In this document: positions 18,099 through 26,705 of the stretch, piece after piece
Numbering within the stretch: the first letter of the stretch is position 1
How the letters are laid out: the number at the start of each line of letters is the position of its first letter
Source of the DNA: Candidatus Saccharimonadota bacterium
GTDB taxonomy: Bacteria > Patescibacteriota > Saccharimonadia > CAILAD01 > BJGX01
Assembly (NCBI GenBank): GCA_035329105.1
Contig: DAOLHK010000002.1
Location: 5,557 to 69,556, forward strand
Length of the DNA stretch: 64,000 nt
Direction: 5' to 3'
Translations under genes and position numbers: made by a program
The notes under the pieces: model-generated
The model's input: only the letters and a program-made list of their open reading frames with translations
What the model was told of the DNA's origin: nothing
Databases searched by the model: none

Positions 18099-20525
18099 CT
18101 AATTCTGTTGTTTGACGACGAAGTTTACAAGTCTTCCGGGTACTACAATCGTTTTTAATACTTCTAGATCTTTGGTGTAATTATTCTGGGTATTGAGTTC
18201 TATAGCTTTTTTCTCTAATATTTCTTTACTTGTGCCAGACTCTATGACAAATTCGCCACGTAATTTACCATTCACCTGTATCACAATAGTTTCTACATCA
18301 TCTTTTATAAGCTGTGGGTCGTATTTGGGCCAAGACTGGATGTGAACACTCTCCGTATTGCCTTGGTATTCCCATAGTTCTTCGCATAGATGAGGAGCAA
18401 ATGGCGCAAGAATTGTAGTAAACACTATCATCATATCTTGCCAAGCTCGTTTTGAAACAACTCCATCTTGCTTGAGTTTTCCCGCATAATTCACAAATTC
18501 CATCATTGCAGATATAGCAGTGTTGAATTTTACGTCTTTTAAATCTTCACTTACTTTTTTGATAAGTTTGTGCAATCTACTCTGTAGTTCTGCTTCTAGA
18601 ATAGAATCTACATCAACTTCTTGATATTCAATTGTGACCATATCCCATACCTTACCAATAAATCGATATGTTCCTTCAAATCTACCACTGTCCCAAGGAC
18701 CACCCTCTTCGTATGGACCCATGAACATCAAATATAGACGCAGCGCATCCGAACCATATTTATCTACGTACTCAGCCGGATCTATGACATTGCCCTTGGA
18801 CTTGCTCATCTTATTGCCATCAGGTCCTAATATCAGACCCTGATTGATTAGTTGTGTAAATGGTTCGGTAAAGTCGACAAGTTTTTGTTCATGCAAGAAT
18901 TTGGTAATAAATCGAGAATACAAAAGATGCAAAATAGCATGCTCTACTCCACCCATATACCTATTTACCGGAAGCCAAGTCTTAACTGCCTCGGGATCAA
19001 ATGCAGCCTTATCATAATTTACATTTGGATAGCGTAAATAATACCAGCTACTGTCTACAAAAGTATCCATAGTATCAGTCTCGCGTTTGGCATCAGCACG
19101 ACATTCTGGGCATGTTGTATGCAAGAATTCCTCATTAGTAAGCAATGGACTTCTTCCAGATTCGTCCATCTTTTGATTAAGTGGCAATAGTACCGGCAAA
19201 TCAGACTCAGGTACAGGCACTGTGCCACACTTATCACAATAGATAATAGGAATAGGTGCGCCCCAGTAACGTTGGCGTGATATTAGCCAGTCACGCAATC
19301 GGTAGTTGGTAACTTTTTGAGCTAAGCCTTTTTTTGAGAGGTCGTTCACTATTTTTTCTTTGGCAGTTTCTATATCTAAACCGTTGTAGTCTTGAGAATT
19401 TACTATCTTTCCTTCGCCGGTAAATGGGGATTCGGATACATCACCGCCACTGATAACTTCTACGATATTTAGTTTGAATTTTTTGGCAAAGGCATAGTCT
19501 CTATCATCATGCGCGGGAACTGCCATTATAGCTCCAGTACCGTAGCCCATGAGTACATAATCAGCCACCCAAATAGGTATCTTCTCATCATTGACAGGAT
19601 TGATGGCATACGAGCCTGTGAATACTCCTGTCTTATCTGCTTGGGACATACGGTCTATATCGGTCATTTTGCTAGCGCTATCTTTGTATTGCTGCACTTC
19701 TTCTTGCTGGTCTTTGGTAGTAATCTTTGTGACCAATGGATGCTCTGGCGCCATCACCATAAATGTCGCACCGAAGAGAGTATCAGCGCGAGTGGTGAAT
19801 ACTTCTAGTGTGTCTTTGTGGCCGTCAATACCGAATTGTATACTTGCTCCTTTACTTTTTCCTATCCAATTGCGCTGTTGCTGCTTGACTTGCTCTGGCC
19901 AGTCAAGCGAGTCCAGATCATTTAGCAAGGCATCGGCATAGTCAGTAATAGTAAAAAACCATTGCTTGAGTAGCTTGCGCTCTACTGTAGCGCCGCTACG
20001 ATCAGCCTTGCCATTTATCACTTGCTCATTGGCTAGTACAGTCTTGTCTACAGGGTCCCAATTGACAAAAGCTTCTTTTTGCACAGCTTTACCAGCCTTA
20101 AATAATTGCAAGAAAAGCCACTGTGTCCATTTATAATACTCAGGCTTTGAGGTATCTAGGTCTTTTTCCATATCATACATACCGCCGAGTCGTAAATATT
20201 GACGACGAAATGCTGCAACATTTTGAGCGGTCCATTCGTCGGCTGGTATTTTGCGCTTGATAGCTGCATTCTCAGCAGGCAATCCAAAGGCGTCATAACC
20301 TAGTGGCTGCAACACATCATATCCTTGCATACGAGCAAATCTACCAAGAGTATCTGCGGGTGCGAAATTGTACCAATGGCCTACATGGAGATCTCCGGAT
20401 GGATAAGGAAACATCACTAGGTTATAAAAAGGCTTTTTTGGATCCTCTGGAGTTTTGTATATTTTACTTTCTTCCCATATAGCTTGCCATTTGGGTTCTA
20501 TTTCTTTTGGATTGTATTTATTCAT
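18099..20525 (-). CDS. leuS: leucyl-tRNA synthetase
   Basis: Canonical LeuS N-terminus FYNLVMFPYPSGDLHVGHWYNFAPADTLGRFARMQGYDVLQPLGYDAFGLPAENAA, and the KMSKS motif. 808 aa. Confidence 0.95.
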   Translation of the reverse strand: MNKYNPKEIEPKWQAIWEESKIYKTPEDPKKPFYNLVMFPYPSGDLHVGHWYNFAPADTLGRFARMQGYDVLQPLGYDAFGLPAENAAIKRKIPADEWTAQNVAAFRRQYLRLGGMYDMEKDLDTSKPEYYKWTQWLFLQLFKAGKAVQKEAFVNWDPVDKTVLANEQVINGKADRSGATVERKLLKQWFFTITDYADALLNDLDSLDWPEQVKQQQRNWIGKSKGASIQFGIDGHKDTLEVFTTRADTLFGATFMVMAPEHPLVTKITTKDQQEEVQQYKDSASKMTDIDRMSQADKTGVFTGSYAINPVNDEKIPIWVADYVLMGYGTGAIMAVPAHDDRDYAFAKKFKLNIVEVISGGDVSESPFTGEGKIVNSQDYNGLDIETAKEKIVNDLSKKGLAQKVTNYRLRDWLISRQRYWGAPIPIIYCDKCGTVPVPESDLPVLLPLNQKMDESGRSPLLTNEEFLHTTCPECRADAKRETDTMDTFVDSSWYYLRYPNVNYDKAAFDPEAVKTWLPVNRYMGGVEHAILHLLYSRFITKFLHEQKLVDFTEPFTQLINQGLILGPDGNKMSKSKGNVIDPAEYVDKYGSDALRLYLMFMGPYEEGGPWDSGRFEGTYRFIGKVWDMVTIEYQEVDVDSILEAELQSRLHKLIKKVSEDLKDVKFNTAISAMMEFVNYAGKLKQDGVVSKRAWQDMMIVFTTILAPFAPHLCEELWEYQGNTESVHIQSWPKYDPQLIKDDVETIVIQVNGKLRGEFVIESGTSKEILEKKAIELNTQNNYTKDLEVLKTIVVPGRLVNFVVKQQN

Positions 20526-20580
20526 ATCTATATTGTACCGATTTTTTGTGATTATTCATATTGTATTGGGTCCGAGCGCG

Positions 20581-20618
20581 CCCCGGACTACAGCGATGTG
20601 CGGCGCTGTAGTCCGGGG
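20581..20618 (-). promoter_or_regulatory. perfect 15-bp GC-rich hairpin (ccccggactacagcg-N8-cgctgtagtccgggg) in the leuS 5' leader
   Basis: The perfect palindrome is visible in the sequence. It lies about 55 nt upstream of the leuS ATG and has no following U-run. Confidence 0.5.
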
Positions 20619-20694
20619 CAGTGCCCGCAAGGGAACTTGATAGATAAAAGTCTTGGGATCGCCTCAACTCTTATCTAGCTTCTTTGTCTACACC

Positions 20695-20859
20695 TCAGGC
20701 GTAAGGGATGGCGCCGTCGGGATGAGACGAAGAGGGGTAAGTCGAAGGGACCGGCTTGTCACCACCAACCTTCGAGGTGACAGTGCCTGCTTGATCAATC
20801 ATCACCGTGATGACTGGCTCGGCATCCGGGTAGACATCTTTTACTTGGTCTTGGGCCAT
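20695..20859 (-). CDS. small GC-rich ORF (54 aa) with a consensus AGGAGG Shine-Dalgarno
   Basis: Minus strand reads aagcAGGAGGcaccATGgcc. Product: MAQDQVKDVYPDAEPVITVMIDQAGTVTSKVGGDKPVPSTYPSSSHPDGAIPYA. Confidence 0.35.
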   Translation of the reverse strand: MAQDQVKDVYPDAEPVITVMIDQAGTVTSKVGGDKPVPSTYPSSSHPDGAIPYA

Positions 20860-20950
20860 GGTGCCTCCTGCTTGGTTCCGGATGTTGTGGTACGGATTGT
20901 TCCCCATTTCGGCCTTATACTCTTGTAGGAGTTCAAGACCGATTTCGGAC

Positions 20951-20979
20951 AACAAAAAACCGCCGATTGATTTCGACGG
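20951..20979 (-). terminator. rho-independent terminator (minus strand) ending the upstream transcript
   Basis: Minus-strand RNA: ccgucga-aaucaa-ucggcgg followed by uuuuuuguug. Confidence 0.5.
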
Positions 20980-21108
20980 TTGAGTTTACGTATATTGGTT
21001 ATTTTAACGTAGCGAAATCCCAACCGTCTTCGGCAATAGTAGTACGAGCAGGTTGAGGATGTTTCGTTTCATAGTGTTAATCTACACTTGTTGTATATAC
21101 TTGTCAAA

Positions 21109-22056
21109 TTATTTCCATTGCCAGTGATCTAAAATAGTATCTGTTGTGGTTTTTACATATCTACCGTTTTCATTTCTATTACCATATCCAGATACTATCA
21201 ACTCAAAACCATTTACCTGCACTCCATTTATTACATAAGGGTTATCTATGTATATATGCAACACTTTTGATGTCTCGGGAAAGCTCGGATTCCTGCGAAC
21301 TAAGAATATTGCTTGCTTGCCACCTAAGCTGAAATTGGGGTTATTGGTGACTATTTGCTCTCCTAATTGTTGGCTGCTCGCAATCTGATTATTTGCAACA
21401 TCTTGAGCCGTTACATTAAATCTAGAACCCAAGACCAGTGGATTGATAGACATTGATCCAACCCCAGAAGATCCTACATTGTTTGCTGATTCTTCATAAG
21501 TTTTTCTTTGGAGACAATTATTCGGTGCGCCACCTACTTGGAAAACACTTGGTGTAGTCTGTACGCCCCTTGGGAAGAAAGTCTTGAAGCATTCAGATTC
21601 TACTTTGACGAATCCACTAGGTCTGTTATTGGGAGGATTGTTTGGTTGCTGTCCTGTGGGTAGATCCGTGGGATCATCTGGTGGCAAAGGGACGTCAGTT
21701 GAACTATTGCCTTTCAAACATATCCATTGAGTACCTGCAGCTTGTTTTCTAGTAGATTCTTTTTTGAGTATCCATTCCTTGCCGGTAGATGCACAAGCAG
21801 GCCTATTGGTGTCTCTTACCAATGCCTTTAGAGGTGCTCTCTGAGTGCCTTCGACTCGAGTGGCAAAACAATTGCCTTGATTACAATACAGTGTTTTCTC
21901 TACAGGCTGGTCACCTACGGCAGCATTGCTATAGAGCACTACTCCGATTCCTATCAGTGCTATCAGGGCTACTCCCAGAGCTATCTTACGCTTAGTGAAG
22001 AAACTACTTTTCTTATTTAGACTAGATTTGCTTTTTGAGGTTCGTTTTTTGGCCAT
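21109..22056 (-). CDS. hypothetical secreted or membrane-anchored protein
   Basis: 315 aa. Basic N-terminus plus one TM segment (IALGVALIALIGIGVVLY), and a Cys-, Asn- and Pro-rich ectodomain. Confidence 0.5.
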   Translation of the reverse strand: MAKKRTSKSKSSLNKKSSFFTKRKIALGVALIALIGIGVVLYSNAAVGDQPVEKTLYCNQGNCFATRVEGTQRAPLKALVRDTNRPACASTGKEWILKKESTRKQAAGTQWICLKGNSSTDVPLPPDDPTDLPTGQQPNNPPNNRPSGFVKVESECFKTFFPRGVQTTPSVFQVGGAPNNCLQRKTYEESANNVGSSGVGSMSINPLVLGSRFNVTAQDVANNQIASSQQLGEQIVTNNPNFSLGGKQAIFLVRRNPSFPETSKVLHIYIDNPYVINGVQVNGFELIVSGYGNRNENGRYVKTTTDTILDHWQWK

Positions 22057-22117
22057 GAATTTTGTAGTACTCTATGATTAGTAATTTGTTTTTATAATAA
22101 TACTTAAGCTTTGATGA

Positions 22118-22155
22118 GTCAAATAAAATAAACCCGATAACTATATTGCTATCGG
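22118..22155 (-). terminator. rho-independent terminator (minus strand)
   Basis: Minus strand: cccgata-gcaatatagt-tatcggg followed by tttattttattt. Confidence 0.5.
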
Positions 22156-22160
22156 GCTTC

Positions 22161-22340
22161 TTAGTCGGACTCATACTGCTCATCAGGCCTAAAGATCATG
22201 GCGTGCTTGGCTCTAGTTAATTCATCTCGAGATAGTGGCTTTCCATCTGATGATTCTGGTCTCAATCTCAGGCGATTGAGCTGCAAGAAAAAAGCAAATG
22301 CCGATGGATGACCGGTACTGGGGCGCGGTGCATCACTCAT
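22161..22340 (-). CDS. small ORF (59 aa) translationally coupled to the upstream gene through an ATGA overlap
   Basis: Product MSDAPRPSTGHPSAFAFFLQLNRLRLRPESSDGKPLSRDELTRAKHAMIFRPDEQYESD. Absent from the track because it is under 60 aa. Confidence 0.35.
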   Translation of the reverse strand: MSDAPRPSTGHPSAFAFFLQLNRLRLRPESSDGKPLSRDELTRAKHAMIFRPDEQYESD

Positions 22341-22620
22341 GATTTACTATCTCCCTCTGGTCGCATTCGGATAGTTACATCCAATCTCACTGTCTGGGTG
22401 CTCTGCTCTACATCTTTTGGTTCTTCTTCAGAAGCCCATTTCCTTGCTAGTTCTGCCAGCGACTCAGCAGCTTCTGCGAAAGCCAAAAGCTCTGCGCGCT
22501 TGTCTGGGTCCTTTGGTAGCCCTACGACTACTTGATATTGCCCAGACACTGATCCAGGATCGGTTCCGTTTGCTGCTACGCAACGGCTGGGGTTATCGGG
22601 AGTCGGTGTTTTCTTCACCA
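22337..22620 (-). CDS. hypothetical small protein (first gene of a two-gene module)
   Basis: Start taken at the ATG at 22620 (MVKKTPTPDN...); the track start at 22648 is a TTG. Sits in a moderately GC-rich patch. Confidence 0.4.
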
Positions 22621-22705
22621 TGATGTTGTCCTGTCTTGTTTTGTCCAAGGTGCGATTGTTTGACTTTTCGATCCACTATACTAGTCAATGGATCGATTTA
22701 GTAAA

Positions 22706-22736
22706 ACAAAAAACTGCCGATTGTGCGGCAGTTTTA
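22706..22736 (-). terminator. rho-independent terminator for the murF/C39 operon (bidirectional shape)
   Basis: aaaaaa-ctgccg-attgtg-cggcag-tttt. Confidence 0.5.
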
Positions 22737-22847
22737 TTATATTATCTATAGACTAAATCTACCGCGTAATACCTCGGTCTATAATGATAATGTTGTTATG
22801 AGCTGATAAGTTCATAGGCAATAGTATGGCAAATCGATAGTAATTTG

Positions 22848-23522
22848 TCAATCTGCTTGTTGTGTGGGCAATGCAAATATGGCGGTGTTGTTGAAGAATC
22901 GAAAGAATTTTTCGATTTCTATTTTATTTTGACGTGAATTCTGCTCATTACTGAGCATTGGATCACTAATGTAAAAATACTCTCCGCTTTGATCTTTGAT
23001 ATAGCCATTGACTACTACTTGGTGAAAGTCACCATCTGATTTGAATCCAGTTCTCACACTTGCTATTACCGCTGATTTTTTGCGAAATATCTCTATAAAA
23101 TCCCGAATAACTAAATCGATCTTATTGGTGCTATTCTTTTCAAATTCCAGTTGCGCATTGAACTGTTCGATCTGAACTTTGTCATATCCTTCATTGTCTT
23201 CTAACCACTTCACATCATTCTGTGTAAGATTCCAATTCCTGCGCCAGCTAATATAGCCTAGAAGTTTGAGATACTCGACTTGCTTACTGTGTATCCAATT
23301 GCCACTTTCGTTTTGACCATTTCTTGCAAGTAACCAGTCTCTTATCTCTGATAACTTGATGGTATTATCACTTTTGGGTGGCAAGTAATCTATCAACATC
23401 TTCATACAAGCAATTGCGCAAATTTCCTTACCTATCTTGAGTGGCAATTCGTTTTCTGGGTCGAGCTGCCAGACATGATTGATATCGATGTATAAATCTA
23501 TGTTGTTTTCTTGACTGCTCAT
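22848..23522 (-). CDS. putative papain-like (C39/BtrH-like) cysteine peptidase
   Basis: 224 aa. Cys within KEICAIACMKMLIDY and a downstream His in GDFHQVVVNGY are arranged like a Cys-His peptidase. ATGA overlap with murF. Confidence 0.4.
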   Translation of the reverse strand: MSSQENNIDLYIDINHVWQLDPENELPLKIGKEICAIACMKMLIDYLPPKSDNTIKLSEIRDWLLARNGQNESGNWIHSKQVEYLKLLGYISWRRNWNLTQNDVKWLEDNEGYDKVQIEQFNAQLEFEKNSTNKIDLVIRDFIEIFRKKSAVIASVRTGFKSDGDFHQVVVNGYIKDQSGEYFYISDPMLSNEQNSRQNKIEIEKFFRFFNNTAIFALPTQQAD

Positions 23523-24790
23523 TGGGCAAATGACTTCTTCTTGCGTTTCTTCCAGACTTTGGATTGTCTTACTAAGCAGTCTGCTGGATTCTTCTTGGGA
23601 TCCAGCAATATTCTAGACGCTTCTTCGGTAAATACACCGGCTTGACTACCTTTGACAAGCACCACATCACCTTTTTTAATTATATTTTTGACATAATGTC
23701 CGGCTTCATACGGAGTCCTAAATACCTTGATCTTATCGGAGTCTAGACCAGCCCTTTGTGCAGCAGGTGCCAATATATCACCAGCCGACTTGCCAACAGT
23801 CACCAAGAGATCTACGACTTTTGCGGCTGCTTCACCTACTTCTTGGTGGCCAGAGTCCGTATGACTACCCAGTTCGTTCATACTCCCGAGTATAGCGATC
23901 TTGGTGTCTGAGAAACTCTTGAGCGTTTTGAGTGCAGCGATCACTGCATCAGGGCTAGAGTTGTAACTATCATCTATTATCTTGCCTCCATTGATGGCTG
24001 GGAGTAGATTCATACGACCTGCTACGGTCTCTACTTGAGACAATTCAAAACATATAGCGCCAAAAGGTATATCTAGCTCACGCGCTACAGCCGCAGCCGC
24101 AAGAAGTGCATATAGATTTTGTTCACCAATCATTTTGGTGTGTACTATCCTTTTGTGTTTGCCAATGTGTAGCTCGGCCTTCAGATGTGAATTACTTGTT
24201 CTAGAAATTTTGCTAAATTTAACCTGACCATGCTTGAGACCAAATCCTATAGTATCATTCCTGTAGGCCTTCTTACGCAAAAGTTCGTTATCAGCATTGT
24301 ATATGATCTTCTTGGCACCAGAGGCTATCACCCAATTGTCATGTACTACTGTCTTGATATCTTTGAGCCTTTCCATATGCACTGGTGCGATAGCTGATAC
24401 TACACTAATATCAGGCTCAATGATTTGTAGTACTTTGCGCATCATCATCAGTTCATCATCGGCCATTTCAAGTACTACAGTATCATACTTGTAGTCTGCC
24501 AGTTCTTGATCGATTTCTTTAAATATCTTCTGCCAAGAGCGTGGATCCCACAACTTACTAGGCACCTTCTGTCCAAAAATACTCAGTGGTATTCCTATAT
24601 CGGTATTGTAACTATCTTGGCTATACCGTACTTTTCGGGTAGAATCGAGTACTTTGCCTATAGCATGCTTGGTAGTGGTCTTACCAATGCTACCGGTGAC
24701 AGTCACGATAGTAATATCATGTGTATCAAGCAGATTGCGAAGCTTAGAGTTGAGTCTAGAAACTATTACTTTTTTGGCTAAGTTTTTCAT
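23519..24790 (-). CDS. murF: UDP-N-acetylmuramoyl-tripeptide--D-alanyl-D-alanine ligase
   Basis: Mur ligase P-loop TVTGSIGKTTTKHAIGKVL. Three-domain length of 423 aa. Confidence 0.75.
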   Translation of the reverse strand: MKNLAKKVIVSRLNSKLRNLLDTHDITIVTVTGSIGKTTTKHAIGKVLDSTRKVRYSQDSYNTDIGIPLSIFGQKVPSKLWDPRSWQKIFKEIDQELADYKYDTVVLEMADDELMMMRKVLQIIEPDISVVSAIAPVHMERLKDIKTVVHDNWVIASGAKKIIYNADNELLRKKAYRNDTIGFGLKHGQVKFSKISRTSNSHLKAELHIGKHKRIVHTKMIGEQNLYALLAAAAVARELDIPFGAICFELSQVETVAGRMNLLPAINGGKIIDDSYNSSPDAVIAALKTLKSFSDTKIAILGSMNELGSHTDSGHQEVGEAAAKVVDLLVTVGKSAGDILAPAAQRAGLDSDKIKVFRTPYEAGHYVKNIIKKGDVVLVKGSQAGVFTEEASRILLDPKKNPADCLVRQSKVWKKRKKKSFAQ

Positions 24791-24823
24791 AGTATATAGT
24801 CTAGCAGAAATACTTAGACAATT

Positions 24824-25279
24824 TTACTTTTTTGATTTAGTACTAGCTGATTTTTCAGCTTTTTCTTCTTTTTTGGCTTCAACTTCAGCTTCTTTCTCGC
24901 GCTTCTTCTTGTCAATGTCTATCCGATCTAGCCGCAAGAATTTAAATCCAAAGTACACTACCGCAGCTATTACGAAGAAATCTATAAGTGCTGATACGAA
25001 ATTACCCCATGAAATAGTGGCCGTACCGAGCTTGAAAGTTGCTGTAGTGAGATTGACCTTGCCTAGGAGTAGGCCCAGTATGGGGTTGATGACATCCACT
25101 ACAAAGGAGTTGACTAGCTTAGTGACCGCACCACCAATGATAAAACCAACGGCTAGAGTAACTACTCCTTGTTCGCGAATAAAGTCCAAAAATCCGCTAG
25201 TCTGTTTGCTGGCAGTTTCTCTAGCTTTTTGGGCGGCAGTTTTGCTTGTTTTGGCTATTTTATCCATTTTTTCTTTCAT
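24824..25279 (-). CDS. mscL: large-conductance mechanosensitive channel
   Basis: FIREQGVVTLAVGFIIGGAVTKLVNSFVVDVINPILGLLLG aligns with MscL TM1. Charged C-terminal tail. Confidence 0.85.
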   Translation of the reverse strand: MKEKMDKIAKTSKTAAQKARETASKQTSGFLDFIREQGVVTLAVGFIIGGAVTKLVNSFVVDVINPILGLLLGKVNLTTATFKLGTATISWGNFVSALIDFFVIAAVVYFGFKFLRLDRIDIDKKKREKEAEVEAKKEEKAEKSASTKSKK

Positions 25280-25382
25280 CTGGTTAGTAAACGTACATTT
25301 ACCACCTGCGTGACCTTATTTATCAGATTGAATTATACCACATTTGCTGTTAAAATAAAGCAGTTAATCCTTATATCAGTAG

Positions 25383-25459
<77 letters not shown>

Positions 25460-25514
25460 GAATGTCTACAAAATACTCCTTCACGGGAGTCTTTTTGTTT
25501 GGTATAATTACCGG

Positions 25515-25919
25515 ATGAAAATTTTTTGTGCATATGCCTTCACGGGAGAAAATCTAGATATTGTTACAGATAGGATGAAGATGGTAGTTGATACGCTCGA
25601 CTCCAATGGTCACGAGGCTTATTGTAATCGATTTGACCCTGTTGTAGAGGAAATACAAAAAACAGATGATATTAATGCAATATTCAAAAGGGCATTTGAA
25701 GTCCTAGAGCAAAACGAAGCACTTGTTGCAATAGTATCGTCACCAAATAAAAGCGTAGGACAGATTATGGAGATTGGTGTGGCAATGAGTCAGGGTAAAC
25801 CCGTTTATTTATTTGAACATGTAACTGCAAAAGGCTCTACTTATTTGCCAAAACTATCAACAAAAAATTTTGTATGGAAGACTGAAGAAGATCTAGAGAA
25901 AGTGCTTAAAAAAATATAG
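25515..25919 (+). CDS. nucleoside 2-deoxyribosyltransferase-like protein
   Basis: 134 aa. Rossmann-like pattern MKIFCAY...SPNKSVGQIMEIGVAMSQGKPVYLF, typical of that family. The preceding TGGTATAAT extended -10 lies only 6 nt before the ATG. Confidence 0.4.
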   Translation: MKIFCAYAFTGENLDIVTDRMKMVVDTLDSNGHEAYCNRFDPVVEEIQKTDDINAIFKRAFEVLEQNEALVAIVSSPNKSVGQIMEIGVAMSQGKPVYLFEHVTAKGSTYLPKLSTKNFVWKTEEDLEKVLKKI

Positions 25920-25921
25920 TA

Positions 25922-26134
25922 CTAGAATAATCCAACAATAAAATTAAATAAGTACGTGACGGCTATAATAACTACCGTGCCGGCCAAAAATCCTATAAAT
26001 ATACCGAGACCCAGCCGAAATCCGTCTCTATAAGTATAGTGAGCGGCTTTGGTAATATCGCTGGAGCTAATCTCTTTTTTGAAAAAGTCGTCATCCCTAC
26101 TAGACCTGCTTGAACTATCTGGCTTCATAAGCAC
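25922..26134 (-). CDS. small tail-anchored membrane protein (hypothetical)
   Basis: 70 aa with a C-terminal TM segment. Weak support. Confidence 0.25.
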   Translation of the reverse strand: MLMKPDSSSRSSRDDDFFKKEISSSDITKAAHYTYRDGFRLGLGIFIGFLAGTVVIIAVTYLFNFIVGLF

Positions 26135-26144
26135 TATTGTAGCA

Positions 26145-26705
26145 CTATTGAGATACTTTTGCAGATGATAACACTACGTGCTTGTTGCTACGAGATACTA
26201 TCTTGTAGTCTCCAAATATCTTGTTGAGCTGCTTAGATACCCATGGCTTGAGCCTAGCCTCTACCACTATCAATATAACTCCATCTTTTTGGAGCTTATC
26301 AAAACTCTGAGCTATCATGTCCTCTACGACCTCTCGACCTCTGTGAGTAGGTGGATTGGACACTATTAGATCAAACTGAGTATTCTTGTCGATTTGATCA
26401 AATCCGTGACTTATCACTACTCTAAGATTGTCTGTGCCATTTAGCTTGGCATTGGCAGTTGTGGTGCTGGTGGCTGCTATATCTGAGTCTATAGCCAGCA
26501 CATCTGAGTCGGGTTGATTCTTTGCTAAATATATTGCAAGTGACCCCCATCCGCAGCCCCAATCCAATGCCCTATGATAATCAGGCTTGATGTCTCGAAC
26601 TGTATCAATAAGCAATCTAGTTCCATTATCGAGCTTCTTGGGTGAAAAAAGATCAGGCAGAGTCTCGAATTTGAGCTCTAATCCATTGATATTTTCTACT
26701 ACCAT
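26145..26705 (-). CDS. class I SAM-dependent methyltransferase (RsmC/RlmG-type small MTase domain)
   Basis: SAM motif I ALDWGCGWGSLAIYLA, and NPPTH in place of the NPPFH of motif IV. Confidence 0.7.
   Translation of the reverse strand: MVVENINGLELKFETLPDLFSPKKLDNGTRLLIDTVRDIKPDYHRALDWGCGWGSLAIYLAKNQPDSDVLAIDSDIAATSTTTANAKLNGTDNLRVVISHGFDQIDKNTQFDLIVSNPPTHRGREVVEDMIAQSFDKLQKDGVILIVVEARLKPWVSKQLNKIFGDYKIVSRSNKHVVLSSAKVSQ

Noticed and set aside
20653-20955. The full 86-aa minus-strand ORF and the 91-aa plus-strand ORF in the GC-rich insert
   Set aside because: The 86-aa ORF begins at a TTG inside the terminator stem, and only the internal AGGAGG-led ATG at 20859 is supported. The plus-strand ORF has no RBS and runs antisense to it.
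20930-20990. Possible tmRNA or other known ncRNA: 'gatttcggac' and 'ttgatttcgacgg' resemble tmRNA 5' and 3' conserved segments
   Set aside because: I found no GGGG 5' end, no tRNA-like T-arm with a CCA 3' end, and no plausible tag reading frame ending in …ALAA. The segment is better explained as the stem of an intrinsic terminator on the minus strand.
20560-21000. T-box, RNase P RNA or SRP RNA in the leuS upstream region
   Set aside because: I could not locate a T-box consensus (AATTAGGGTGGNACCGCG), the RNase P P4 motifs (GGAAAGTCCGG…ACAGAACCCGGCTTA) or an SRP domain IV motif. A covariance-model search is still needed.
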